Positions 20,319 through 29,732 of a stretch of DNA of 64,000 nucleotides are shown in pieces; position 1 is the stretch's first letter; every line of letters begins with the position of its first letter. The notes beneath the pieces are model-generated. The model was given only the letters and a program-made list of their open reading frames with translations, was not told the origin of the DNA and ran no database searches. This stretch comes from an uncultured delta proteobacterium. GTDB lineage: Bacteria; Desulfobacterota; Syntrophia; Syntrophales; UBA5619. Where the stretch lies: the NCBI GenBank assembly GCA_963817385.1, contig CAWFOM010000002.1, positions 32,001 to 96,000 on the forward strand. The letters run 5' to 3'. The position numbers and the translations under genes are program-made.

Positions 20319-20993
20319 ATGCGAGCGGTGGGTTCGACGGAAATCATGGTTATTAGTCCGATAGATACGACTAATGAAGGTCCTAAAGTGCCAATAGGTC
20401 AGAAAGGATGGCAACCTGTTCATCTCAGACAGGGATCAATGGATGGGGCATGTGGATTGTATAGCCTCATGATGGGTCTCATTATCTGTGGTGTTGTCCG
20501 TTACGATGATGCCCGCGCATTTTATACCTTTTCATCAAATTCTAAAATCGGAAGGCTGTTCGAGTATTTTGGGAAATTGGGTCCGCTCGTCAAACAAGGA
20601 ACCGATTTAGATCAAATGTTTACAGCGATAGATGAATACTGCCCGGGGCAGATCGATTTTCAGGGACAAAAAAGCAAAGGACCTGATCTCGTTGAGTTCA
20701 TTGATCAGAATATTATTAATAATCATCCTGTATTGCTTATTTTAACTTTCGAAGGTGGAGCACATTGGGTTCTTGTCATAGGCCGTGAATGTGAGAGACA
20801 GGGTAAAGAAAAAAAACTATGCCGATTTCTAATACTTGACCCAAGTGAGAACACACCTGAAATTTGTTCGTGGAATGGTGTGATTGACGTTAGAAAACAG
20901 AAGGGTGAGTATCCATATCGATGGTGGAACAGTAACGATATAGAAGTACAATTGGAGTATGCAATGGCTATTTGGCCCAAGACGCATAAATAA
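20319..20993 (+). CDS. hypothetical protein with papain-fold (C39-like) Cys/His/Asp motifs
   Basis: RBS GAGGAGG; LRQGSMDGACGLYS, HWVLVIG, LILDPS; AT-richer than its neighbours. Confidence 0.65.
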   Translation: MRAVGSTEIMVISPIDTTNEGPKVPIGQKGWQPVHLRQGSMDGACGLYSLMMGLIICGVVRYDDARAFYTFSSNSKIGRLFEYFGKLGPLVKQGTDLDQMFTAIDEYCPGQIDFQGQKSKGPDLVEFIDQNIINNHPVLLILTFEGGAHWVLVIGRECERQGKEKKLCRFLILDPSENTPEICSWNGVIDVRKQKGEYPYRWWNSNDIEVQLEYAMAIWPKTHK

Positions 20994-21327
20994 TTCGTGA
21001 ATTATTATGAAGGAAGGATGCCCTATCACATGAACAGATGATCTGCAACTCAGAGCATCCATATTTCAAGAGGCCCGGCAAGGAAAATCATCTCTTGTCA
21101 GATGCCAATTCCTGCCAAATATTTTTATAGAGTTCTCTCGTGATCATACTGGCTATTATTTACGCGATTAAAAAATAGTCATCGCTCATTCTGTCATGCT
21201 GACACCGTAATCCGCCGTTATTTCCTGAGATGCATTACGTAAAGGCATGTTCTCATTATTTTCATTCAGTATAGATTCATCTCCCTCCGGTCACACCGGC
21301 CCGTTCACAAGCCCGACCGCGGCGGTT

Positions 21328-21981
21328 TTATACCCCGGCCTTGCCGATCTTTTCCCTCAGGGCGGCAACCGCCCCGGCCATATCGCCGGCTTCAGTGACG
21401 GCCGTCACCACGGCCACCCTGCGCGCCCCCTGGGCGAGCACCCGGTCGATATTGACGCCATTGATCCCCCCCATGACGGTGAAGGGGATCTCCAGACCCG
21501 CGGTAATTTCGGGGATCGCCTCCGGTCCCAGGAACCGGCTCACCCCCTCCTTGGTCCGGGTGGGAAAGATCGGACCGATGTTGACATAATCCGCGCCTTC
21601 GCCCTGCGCCTTCAGGGCCTCTTGACGGGAATGGGCGGAGATCCCGATGAGGAGATCGGGCGCTATTGTTCTCGCGGCGGCAAGGGGGAGATCCTCCTGC
21701 CCCAGATGAACCCCATCGGCCTCCACCGCCAGCGCGATATCGACGTGGTCGTTGATCATCAAGAGCATTCCGGCCTCTGCGGTGATTTCCCGAAACCGGA
21801 GGGCCATCCGGTAGAGCTCTCCGGTAGTACACTCCTTCTCCCGGAGTTGGATGATCCGGGCGCCGCCTCGGATCGCCGCCTCCAGGAAATCGAAGTTTGA
21901 CCTCCCCGCGGATAAGCGTTCGCAGGTGACCGGGTAGAGATCGACCTGCAGGAATTTTTCTTTCCTCATCTCCCGGTTCAT
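21328..21981 (-). CDS. thiE: thiamine phosphate synthase
   Basis: IQLREK, INDHVDIA, GVHLGQED, GPIFPTRTK, GGIN. Confidence 0.95.
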   Translation of the reverse strand: MNREMRKEKFLQVDLYPVTCERLSAGRSNFDFLEAAIRGGARIIQLREKECTTGELYRMALRFREITAEAGMLLMINDHVDIALAVEADGVHLGQEDLPLAAARTIAPDLLIGISAHSRQEALKAQGEGADYVNIGPIFPTRTKEGVSRFLGPEAIPEITAGLEIPFTVMGGINGVNIDRVLAQGARRVAVVTAVTEAGDMAGAVAALREKIGKAGV

Positions 21982-22182
21982 TCACCCACCTCCCACCAGC
22001 CGGATAATCTCGATCGAATCTCCATCCTGAACCATCTCTTCGCCCATCCGCTCACGGGGAACGATCCGCAGATTTTTCTCCACCACGACCAATCCGGGGC
22101 GGATCCCCAGGGCCTCCAAAAGATCGCCGACCGTAACGGATGCATCCCACTGCCTCTTTTCTCCATTCACCTGAATCTCCAT
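21982..22182 (-). CDS. thiS: sulfur carrier protein ThiS
   Basis: MEIQVNGE...DSIEIIRLVGGG with C-terminal GG. Confidence 0.93.
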   Translation of the reverse strand: MEIQVNGEKRQWDASVTVGDLLEALGIRPGLVVVEKNLRIVPRERMGEEMVQDGDSIEIIRLVGGG

Positions 22183-22287
22183 CTCCGTCACCTCGGATAA
22201 CCATGCGCATGTATGCCGCCCCCGCTCAAGAGGGGAGCCCTCTTCCCGCCCCTCCTTCTTTCGTTGCGGCGTCACTCCCGGTGTTCC

Positions 22288-23400
22288 TCAGGACGCGAGC
22301 GCCGCATCCCACTCTTTCCAAACAGGTTCATACCCCTTGCGGCGGAGCACCTCCGCCACCGCCCCCGGGGACCGTTCATCCGCCACGGTGAACTGGCTCT
22401 CTCCCTTCCCGGGATGGGTATAGCCGCCCGGCTCCGTGTGAGAACCGGCGCTCATGGCGGTGATCCCCAAAGGAATGAGGTGATCGCGAAGCGCGGGCAA
22501 TTCCCGGGTGGAAAGGGTGAAGCCCGCGTCGGGCAGAACAAGCCTCAGGGCGCAGATCAACTGGACCAGATGACGATCGGCAACCGGAAAGCGCGGTTCA
22601 TATCCTCCCATCGCAGATCGAAGGCGCGGAAAGGAGATCGCGAGCTCGGACTTCCAGCAGTTCCTGAGGAGGTGGTTCGCATGCAGGGCGACGAAAAAAC
22701 CCTCCACCCGCCAGTCGTTCAATCCCAGCAGCGCGCCGATCCCCAGGCGTCGGAACCCCGCCGCCCCGCCCCGCTCCGGGGTCTCCAGCCGCCAACGGTA
22801 ATCGCTTTTCTTTCCCCCGGGGTGGAATTCTCCGTAACTCTTCTCGTCATAGGTCTCCTGGAAGACAGTCAGGCTGTCCACCCCCTGGCCGATGAGCTCC
22901 CGGTATCTCTCCGTCGTCATGGGAAACATCTCAATGCCGATGGAGGAGAAGCGAGGGCGGAGCCTTTCCAGCACCCGCTCCAGGTACTCGGCGGTGATGA
23001 GATGAGGGGCCTCGCCGGTGAGGAGAAGCACGCTGCGGAACCCCAGCCGACGCAGGCATTCCCCTTCGCTGCCGGCCTCCTCCGGGGTCAGCGTGACCCG
23101 GGAGACGTCGTTGCCGGCGTTGAAGCCGCAGTAGACGCAGCGATTGGTACAGACATTCGACAGGTAGAGCGGGACGAACATCCCCATCACTCGGCCGAAT
23201 CTCTGTAGGGTAAGCCGATGGGCCCGCTGGGCCATCTCTTCCAAAAACGGCTCCGCCGCCGGGGAAACGAGACTCAGGAGATCGTCAAGGCTCGGGATGC
23301 GGGCGGCCAGCGCCCGCTCGACATCCGGACGTGAGCGTCGCCCGATCTCCCGTTCGATCTCCTCCCGGCGATACGACCGGATGACGTCGGTGAAGCTCAT
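22288..23400 (-). CDS. thiH: 2-iminoacetate synthase (radical SAM)
   Basis: PLYLSNVCTNRCVYCGF, FQETY, SAGSHTEPGGY, EPVWKEWD. Confidence 0.95.
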   Translation of the reverse strand: MSFTDVIRSYRREEIEREIGRRSRPDVERALAARIPSLDDLLSLVSPAAEPFLEEMAQRAHRLTLQRFGRVMGMFVPLYLSNVCTNRCVYCGFNAGNDVSRVTLTPEEAGSEGECLRRLGFRSVLLLTGEAPHLITAEYLERVLERLRPRFSSIGIEMFPMTTERYRELIGQGVDSLTVFQETYDEKSYGEFHPGGKKSDYRWRLETPERGGAAGFRRLGIGALLGLNDWRVEGFFVALHANHLLRNCWKSELAISFPRLRSAMGGYEPRFPVADRHLVQLICALRLVLPDAGFTLSTRELPALRDHLIPLGITAMSAGSHTEPGGYTHPGKGESQFTVADERSPGAVAEVLRRKGYEPVWKEWDAALAS

Positions 23401-23404
23401 GGTG

Positions 23405-24187
23405 TCACCTCAAAAATCCCGTGAGCGGGCTGGACGCCTCCGCTGTTTTCCGCGGACTGCCGAGACCGGCGATAAAGGCCTCGCGGCCCGCCTCCACCCC
23501 TTTTTTGAACGCCCGCGCCATGGCTGTCGGATCCCCGGCCACCGCCACCGCCGTATTGACCAGCACCGCATCGGCCCCCATCTCCATCGCCTCCGCCGCA
23601 TGGGACGGCGCGCCGAGGCCCGCATCCACCACAACCGGGACAGCGGCCTGTTCGATGATGATCTCGATCAGCTCCCGTGTCTTCACACCCCGGTTGGAGC
23701 CGATCGGGGCGCCGAGGGGCATGATGGTAGCCGTGCCGGCATCCTCCAGACGCCTGGCCAGGACCGGATCGGCGTTGATATACGGCAGGACGATGAATCC
23801 CTCCCTGACCAGGATCTCGGCGGCCTTAAGCGTCTCGATGGGATCGGGCAGGAGGTAGTGGGGGTCGGGAGTGATCTCCAGCTTGACCCACGGTTCGCAT
23901 CCGGCGGCCCGGGCCAGCCGCGCTAATCTCACAGCCTCCTCCGCATTCCTGGCCCCGGAGGTGTTGGGAAGCAGAAGATAGCGGCTCGCGTCCACCGCGT
24001 TTAGAATGCTGTCCTCTTCGTCGTCCAGATCGACCCGTCTCAGCGCCACCGTGACGATTTCCGCTCCCGATGCCCGAAGAGCGCCTTTCATCACCCGGGC
24101 GGAGGAAAATTTCCCCGTGCCCAACAGCAGACGCGATCCGAACGAGCGGCCCGCGATCATCAAGGGGGTATCCGTTTTTGTTTTCAT
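23405..24187 (-). CDS. thiG: thiazole synthase
   Basis: [43 protein letters not shown]. Confidence 0.96.
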   Translation of the reverse strand: MKTKTDTPLMIAGRSFGSRLLLGTGKFSSARVMKGALRASGAEIVTVALRRVDLDDEEDSILNAVDASRYLLLPNTSGARNAEEAVRLARLARAAGCEPWVKLEITPDPHYLLPDPIETLKAAEILVREGFIVLPYINADPVLARRLEDAGTATIMPLGAPIGSNRGVKTRELIEIIIEQAAVPVVVDAGLGAPSHAAEAMEMGADAVLVNTAVAVAGDPTAMARAFKKGVEAGREAFIAGLGSPRKTAEASSPLTGFLR

Positions 24188-24215
24188 GGTCACGTTTCCT
24201 TTCCGTTTGCGCCAT

Positions 24216-24246
24216 AAAAAAACCGTTTCCCTTCGGGGGAAACGGT
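24216..24246 (-). terminator. expression-platform terminator of the TPP riboswitch
   Basis: Minus strand ACCGTTTCCC-CCGAA-GGGAAACGGT followed by a T-run. Confidence 0.85.
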
Positions 24247-24295
24247 CATCGAATACGAGCGGAAATCTCAAACTGCAAATGATTCGAATGATGTT

Positions 24296-24377
24296 AACCG
24301 TTTCCCTACGCTGGCATTAACCAGATCAGGTGATCAGGGTTTTTTCTCAGCCCGAAATTCGAGCACCCCTAACGATT
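24296..24377 (-). ncRNA. TPP riboswitch (THI element)
   Basis: Minus strand AGGGGTGCTC...GGCTGAGA...ACCCT...ACCTGATCTGGTTAATGCCAGCGTAGGGAA with P1 pairing, upstream of thiG. Confidence 0.96.
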
Positions 24378-24430
24378 GCCACGGAGCAACTGATTACGCG
24401 ATATACTCTTTGGATTCGATTTGTCAAGAT

Positions 24431-24751
24431 CTAATTGCCGTTCAAACTCCTTACTCCAACGCCGCCGCACGCGATCTGGGTGGCTGCGGCGGCCGACTCC
24501 GTCACGGTGGAGTCCGCCGTGTCATTAACGGTACGCCGTCCGCCCGTCCTTCATCACCTCCATCACGCGGAGGTCCTTGCCGAGGACGCGGTCGCTGTAG
24601 AGCCAGGCCTCGCCGAACTGGCTCGGCCCCATCCCGTCCCGATCAACAGGATGATATTCTTGGCCTGATCGGCCAGGCCGTTCCACGGCGGGAGCATGAA
24701 ACCAACCACGAGCAGGAACACCATAAACCGTATCCGTCTTCGTCTGTTCAT
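24431..24751 (-). pseudogene. N-terminal remnant of an alkaline phosphatase
   Basis: Signal peptide, AKNIILLIG/DGMG and VTESAAAATQIACG (active-site Ser motif) in three frames, then truncation. Confidence 0.75.
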
Positions 24752-24958
24752 CACATTCTCTTTTTCTTGACATACGTTGCCCTTCCTCTTTAGTTGACCC
24801 GATTTTCGCGAGTTCTTCTCATGCCGATAGCGGAACACCAGGGTTCTTGTCGCCGGAGATCGAGGTTGTCGCCGTTTTCGGTTGATCGAAAAAATCTTTG
24901 ACACGAGCGGCCGTTTATCCCATACTCCTCCGGCGAAAAGACCGTGTATCGAGGTGGT

Positions 24959-25782
24959 ATGGAAACAGTCGATTCAAAGCTCGATCGTCTCCGCGTTCTC
25001 CTGACGGAGATGGGGGGCGTGGTCGTCGGCTACTCCGGGGGGGTCGATAGTACACTCCTGGCAGCCGTGGCGGCGGATGTCCTGGGGGAACGCGCGGTAT
25101 GTGTCCTGGCTGCTTCAGAAACGTACCCGGCATCTGAAGTTGCGGAGGCCGTGGAAACGGCCGGCAAGCTGGGCCTCTCCGTGATCCGGATAGACACCGA
25201 CGAGCTCAACGACGAAGCGTTCGCGGCCAACACCCCCGAGAGGTGCTTCTTCTGCAAGACGGAGCTCTTCGGCCGGCTCATCGCCATCGGCCGGGAGCGC
25301 GGCCTGCGATGGGTCGCCGACGGCGCGAATGTCGACGATCTGGATGACTACCGGCCGGGCAGCCGGGCCGCTGCGGCACTCGGCGTGAGGAGCCCGCTCC
25401 GCGAAGCCGGCTTCACCAAGAAGGAGATCCGCGAAATCTCTCGCCGGATGGGTCTGCCGACCTGGGACAAACCGTCGTTCGCCTGCCTCTCGTCGCGCAT
25501 CCCCTACGGCACCCGGATCGAGCCCGATATCCTCCGGCGCCTCGATGCGGCGGAGGGGTTCCTGAAGGGGCTGGGATTCCGACAGGTGAGGGTCCGGCAC
25601 CACGGCCAGATCGCCCGGATCGAGGTTGACCGGAGGAGATACCACGTCTGGCATCGCCCGAGATCCGGCGGCAAGTGACGGAGAAGTTCAAGGAGTTGCA
25701 GTATCTCTATACGACCCTGGATCTCAACGGCTACCGGATGGGGAGTATGAACGCCGTTCTCAGCCGGGAAGGTAAGAAATAA
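24959..25782 (+). CDS. larE: LarE sulfur insertase, one frameshift near 25630
   Basis: YSGGVDST PP-loop, RCFFCK, DDYRPG, WDKPSFACLSSRIPYG, QVRVRHHG; shifted tail TLDLNGYRMGSMN. Confidence 0.92.
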
Positions 25783-26541
25783 ATGGATGGCAAAAAACTG
25801 AAAAGACTCCTTGAACAGGTGAAATCGGGCGATCTCCCGGTAGATCAAGCGCTCAACAGCCTGCGATCGTTGCCTTATGATGACTGCGGATTCGCGAAGC
25901 TCGATCTGCACCGCGGCATCCGTACCGGGTTCCCGGAGGTGGTCTTCTGCCAGGGGAAAACCTGCGAGCAGGCCGTCGAGATCGTAAAAAGGCTCGCCGG
26001 ACACCACGCGAAGGTCCTGGCGACCCGCGTGGCGCCCGATGTCGCCGAGCGGATCGCCGAAGCGGTCCCGGGCTGCACCTATCACGGCGCCGCGCGGATC
26101 TTGGTAGTCGAGCGGCCGGAGGGAAAGGCGGAAAAGACCGCTCGTAGCCGTAACTATGTGATGGTCCTCTGCGCGGGGACGGCAGACCTTCCGGTGGCCG
26201 AGGAGGCTGCGATTACAGCGGAGTCGATGGGAAGCCGGGTCGAGCGCTCCTACGACGTCGGCGTCGCCGGCCTGCACCGGCTCCTCGACCAGAGGGACCG
26301 GATCATGCAGGCGAACGTCCTGATCGTCGTGGCGGGAATGGAAGGGGCGCTTCCGAGCGTCGTCGGGGGAATGGTCTCCTGCCCGGTGATCGCCGTGCCG
26401 ACGAGCGTCGGCTACGGCGCAAGCTTCGGAGGGCTTGCCGCGCTCCTGGCGATGCTCAACTCTTGTGCGGCCGGCATCGCCGTCATGAATATCGACAACG
26501 GTTTCGGGGCCGGTTACTTCGCGCACCTGGTGAATCGATGA
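25783..26541 (+). CDS. larB: nickel-pincer cofactor biosynthesis protein LarB
   Basis: GFPEVVFCQGK, AGTADLPVAEEA, DVGVAGLHRL, PTSVGYGA, NIDNGFGA. Confidence 0.96.
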   Translation: MDGKKLKRLLEQVKSGDLPVDQALNSLRSLPYDDCGFAKLDLHRGIRTGFPEVVFCQGKTCEQAVEIVKRLAGHHAKVLATRVAPDVAERIAEAVPGCTYHGAARILVVERPEGKAEKTARSRNYVMVLCAGTADLPVAEEAAITAESMGSRVERSYDVGVAGLHRLLDQRDRIMQANVLIVVAGMEGALPSVVGGMVSCPVIAVPTSVGYGASFGGLAALLAMLNSCAAGIAVMNIDNGFGAGYFAHLVNR

Positions 26542-26665
26542 CGGCTCCGTAAAAAGTCCATATGCAGCGTTGCGCTTCCCCCTTCGTCACTGCGGCGTAC
26601 GATACTGTACGCCTCATTCCTCAGGCTTTGCGCGCCTTGCCTCTGGAGCTTTTGTACGAAGCCTC
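26540..26665. repeat. ~126-bp palindromic REP/MITE-like element
   Basis: Terminal inverted repeats GACGGCTCCGTAAAAAGTCCA / TGGAGCTTTTGTACGAAGCCTC and inner GGCGTAC / GTACGCC; lies between larB and larC. Confidence 0.7.
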
Positions 26666-26707
26666 TCATAAAGGGTAGTGTTCGGATTATTTTGGAGAAC
26701 ATCATCG

Positions 26708-27895
26708 ATGAAGATTGCCTATTTCGACTGTTTCGCGGGAATCAGCGGCGACATGACGCTCGGGGCGCTCATCAGCGCAGGTGCGGATCCGGAGCGGCTC
26801 CGGGATGGTATCGCCGCGCTCGGCGTCGGCGGGTACCGGATTGAAATCGGCAAAAAGATCGCCGGATACATCGAGGCGACGGACGTCCTGGTGATCCTCG
26901 ACGATCACCAGCCTCAGCATCGCCGGCGGCTCCGGGAGATCATGGAGATCATCCGCAAAGCGGAACTCTCCGAGCGGGTGAAGCAGACGGCCGAGAGCAT
27001 CTTCAGGAGACTTGCGGAGGCCGAAGGCAAGGTGCACGGCAGTTCCCCGGAAGAGGTTCATTTCCATGAGGTGGGGGCCCTGGACGCCATTATCGACATC
27101 GTCGGCACGGCCGTCTGCCTCGAGATGCTCGGTTGGCCGAAGATCGTCGCGAGCCCGATGCCGACCTTTCACGGCTATGTGACGGGTGCTCATGGCATAT
27201 TCCCCCTGCCCGCGCCGGCAACCGCCGAGATCCTGCGGGGTGTGCCCTGGAGAAAACTGGACATTGAAGGGGAACTGGTCACGCCGACCGGGGCGGCGAT
27301 CATCCGGGAGATCGCGTCGGGGTTCGGACCGCTTCCCGCCATGAGCGTCGAAGCCGTCGGATACGGCGCAGGAAAGAACACATTTTCAATCCCGAACGCG
27401 CTTCGGGTCATGATCGGGGAGGAGTCCGTCGCATCTCCCGCTCCCGAATGCGTCACGGTCATCGAGACGAACATCGACGACCTCAACCCCCAGTTTTACG
27501 AGACCGCGATGGAGCGGCTCTTCACCGCGGGCGCGCTCGACGTCTTTCTGACCCCGATCCAGATGAAGAAAAACCGGCCGGGGACGCTTCTGTCGGTTAT
27601 CTGCGATCCGGGCCAGGCGGAGGCGATCGCGGCCGTCATCCTGGCTGAAACGTCGACACTGGGCGTCAGGATCTCGCAGTGGGAGCGGATCTGCCTGGAG
27701 CGCCGCTGGGAGGAGGTCGTGACGGAGTTCGGGGTCGTCCGGATCAAAATCGGGGAGCGGGACGACAGGGTGATCACGGCCTCCCCCGAGTACGAGGACT
27801 GTAAAAAAGCCGCCATCGAACACGGCGTTCCTCTCCGGCACGTCTACGAGTGTGCCGCCGCCCGCTACAGGACGGGAAGAACATGGAGGGCATGA
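26708..27895 (+). CDS. larC: nickel insertase LarC
   Basis: YFDCFAGISGDM, VHFHEVGALDAIIDI, ELVTPTGAA, IETNIDD, MKKNRPG, PEYEDC. Confidence 0.96.
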   Translation: MKIAYFDCFAGISGDMTLGALISAGADPERLRDGIAALGVGGYRIEIGKKIAGYIEATDVLVILDDHQPQHRRRLREIMEIIRKAELSERVKQTAESIFRRLAEAEGKVHGSSPEEVHFHEVGALDAIIDIVGTAVCLEMLGWPKIVASPMPTFHGYVTGAHGIFPLPAPATAEILRGVPWRKLDIEGELVTPTGAAIIREIASGFGPLPAMSVEAVGYGAGKNTFSIPNALRVMIGEESVASPAPECVTVIETNIDDLNPQFYETAMERLFTAGALDVFLTPIQMKKNRPGTLLSVICDPGQAEAIAAVILAETSTLGVRISQWERICLERRWEEVVTEFGVVRIKIGERDDRVITASPEYEDCKKAAIEHGVPLRHVYECAAARYRTGRTWRA

Positions 27896-27928
27896 AGCCG
27901 TCCCCGCTGCAAGCAGCGGGGGAAAATC

Positions 27929-29296
27929 TCACCTGTCTCGCAGCAAATATCGCGGCAGACTCTTGAAGACATTGACACACTCTGGACAAAGCTGCGTACC
28001 GCGCACATCTTCTATGATAACCATCGCCTCTTCATGGCTCATCCCCCGGCGATACGGTCGATCGCTAATCAAGGCATGGTACGTATCGACAACGGCCGTC
28101 ATTCTAGCCCAGAGAGCTATCCCATTTCCTTTCAGACCATCGGGATAACCCTTGCCGTCAAAACGTTCGTGATGATGGAGAATAACGGGAAGAAGCGGTT
28201 TAATACTGGGAATCGAGCACAGAATGGACGCGCCGATTGCAGGGTGTTCCTTGATGATGGTATACTCTTCTTCGCTCAGCCGTCCTGGTTTTAGCAAGAT
28301 GCCGTCTGGTACGCCGATCTTGCCTATGTCGTGCAGCCTCCCCGCAATGCCCAGGGACTCTATCTCTTCGGCACTGGAATTCATGCGGGTTCCCATTTCA
28401 GTGACAAGCAAAGCTACCGCCTCAGAATGCCCCTTGGTGTAAGGATCACGGGCCTCCAAGGCTGCAATGAGACTGGTTATACTTGCCAGCATCATCTTCT
28501 GCTCGGCGTCGAGGCGCTCCTTTTCTTTGAGTAATATAAGGAAATGGTCAGAGAGCAATCTTTCCACGGTAATGACTATTTGATCCAGGTTGAAGGGCTT
28601 GATCAGATAGCCCGCAGCTCCCCACTGCATCAGGCGGCGCATGATGGCCCGATCGCTGTTTGCGCTCATAACGACAAAAGGAATAGAAGCCAAGGCAGGA
28701 TCGGCATGAAGTTTCTTGCAGAAATCGATCCCATTCATCTCGGGCATGTCGATATCGCTGATAATCAAGTCAGGCCGACGCTCTTGAATTCGTATCATAG
28801 CCTGGTTCCCGTTTTCGGCTTGCATGACCTGAAAAGCCGCTTCTTGAAGGCACTGCATGACGAGACTGCGGACCGTCCGTGAGTCGTCTACAACCAGAAC
28901 AAGGCGGCTATGGCGAAATTTGGATTGTTCGAGGACCCTTTCGATAGTCCCGTTGAGTTGAATCTGGGCATCCGCTTTCGAAACGTATGCGGCCGCGCCA
29001 GACTTGAAGCCCTGATCAATATCCTTATCAGTATCCAAGGAACTCAGCATAATTACGGGTATGCTTCTCGTCCTGGGGTTGCCTTTCAACTTCTCACAAA
29101 GGCCAAACCCGTCCAAATTCGGCATCTCTACATCTGATATGATCAGGTCGTAGCGGTCCGAAAGCGCCTGCTCCAAGCCCTGCTGTCCGTCTTCAGCATG
29201 AGTTACCTTGGCGCCGAATTTTTCGAGCTGCTTCGTCAATACCCTACGAATAATCGAACTGTCATCAACGATGAGTATATTTGGCTGATTATTCAC
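27929..29296 (-). CDS. REC-REC-HD-GYP phosphodiesterase
   Basis: Two receiver domains (IISDVEMP, IISDIDMP), ARDPYTKGHS, LHDIGKI, HHERFDGKGYP. Confidence 0.93.
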   Translation of the reverse strand: MNNQPNILIVDDSSIIRRVLTKQLEKFGAKVTHAEDGQQGLEQALSDRYDLIISDVEMPNLDGFGLCEKLKGNPRTRSIPVIMLSSLDTDKDIDQGFKSGAAAYVSKADAQIQLNGTIERVLEQSKFRHSRLVLVVDDSRTVRSLVMQCLQEAAFQVMQAENGNQAMIRIQERRPDLIISDIDMPEMNGIDFCKKLHADPALASIPFVVMSANSDRAIMRRLMQWGAAGYLIKPFNLDQIVITVERLLSDHFLILLKEKERLDAEQKMMLASITSLIAALEARDPYTKGHSEAVALLVTEMGTRMNSSAEEIESLGIAGRLHDIGKIGVPDGILLKPGRLSEEEYTIIKEHPAIGASILCSIPSIKPLLPVILHHHERFDGKGYPDGLKGNGIALWARMTAVVDTYHALISDRPYRRGMSHEEAMVIIEDVRGTQLCPECVNVFKSLPRYLLRDR

Positions 29297-29447
29297 GGGT
29301 ACGGCTCCTCCGCCCTTTCTTCTTCCCGTCCCTCGACGCAGTCAGTCGCATTGATATGATATTTTTATCCAAACCATACCCCGACGATGTTTGCGGAATC
29401 ATGTTTCTTCCGTAATGATTGAAAGAATATGTCTTATGAGTCTATCG

Positions 29448-29476
29448 GCATAAACGGGAATTAGCATAAACGGGAA
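29448..29476. repeat. 13-bp direct repeat adjoining a sigma28-like -10 box
   Basis: GCATAAACGGGAA at 29448 and 29464; minus-strand GCCGATAG at 29442-29449. Confidence 0.6.
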
Positions 29477-29732
29477 AATTCATAATTGGACAATACTGAC
29501 GCAGCCTGCCCGTGAATATGCTGTGGGCGGCACGTCTCATACCGTCTTCCCCGACAATGCCTCATACGGCGATCCCGATTACCCCTGGGAGGCATAAGCC
29601 ATTCCGGGAAGAAGGGCGCGACGATTCGAGGATCGTCCTTTTTTGTATGTGGAGATGTCAATTTCAGTGATTAGGGAAGCCTGGATGGAGTTTGTTAAAT
29701 TATATTTCAATCAACGGTTTTTATCGAGCGCC

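Noticed and set aside
26708..27895. Programmed frameshift in larC
   Set aside because: larC is one continuous ORF here.
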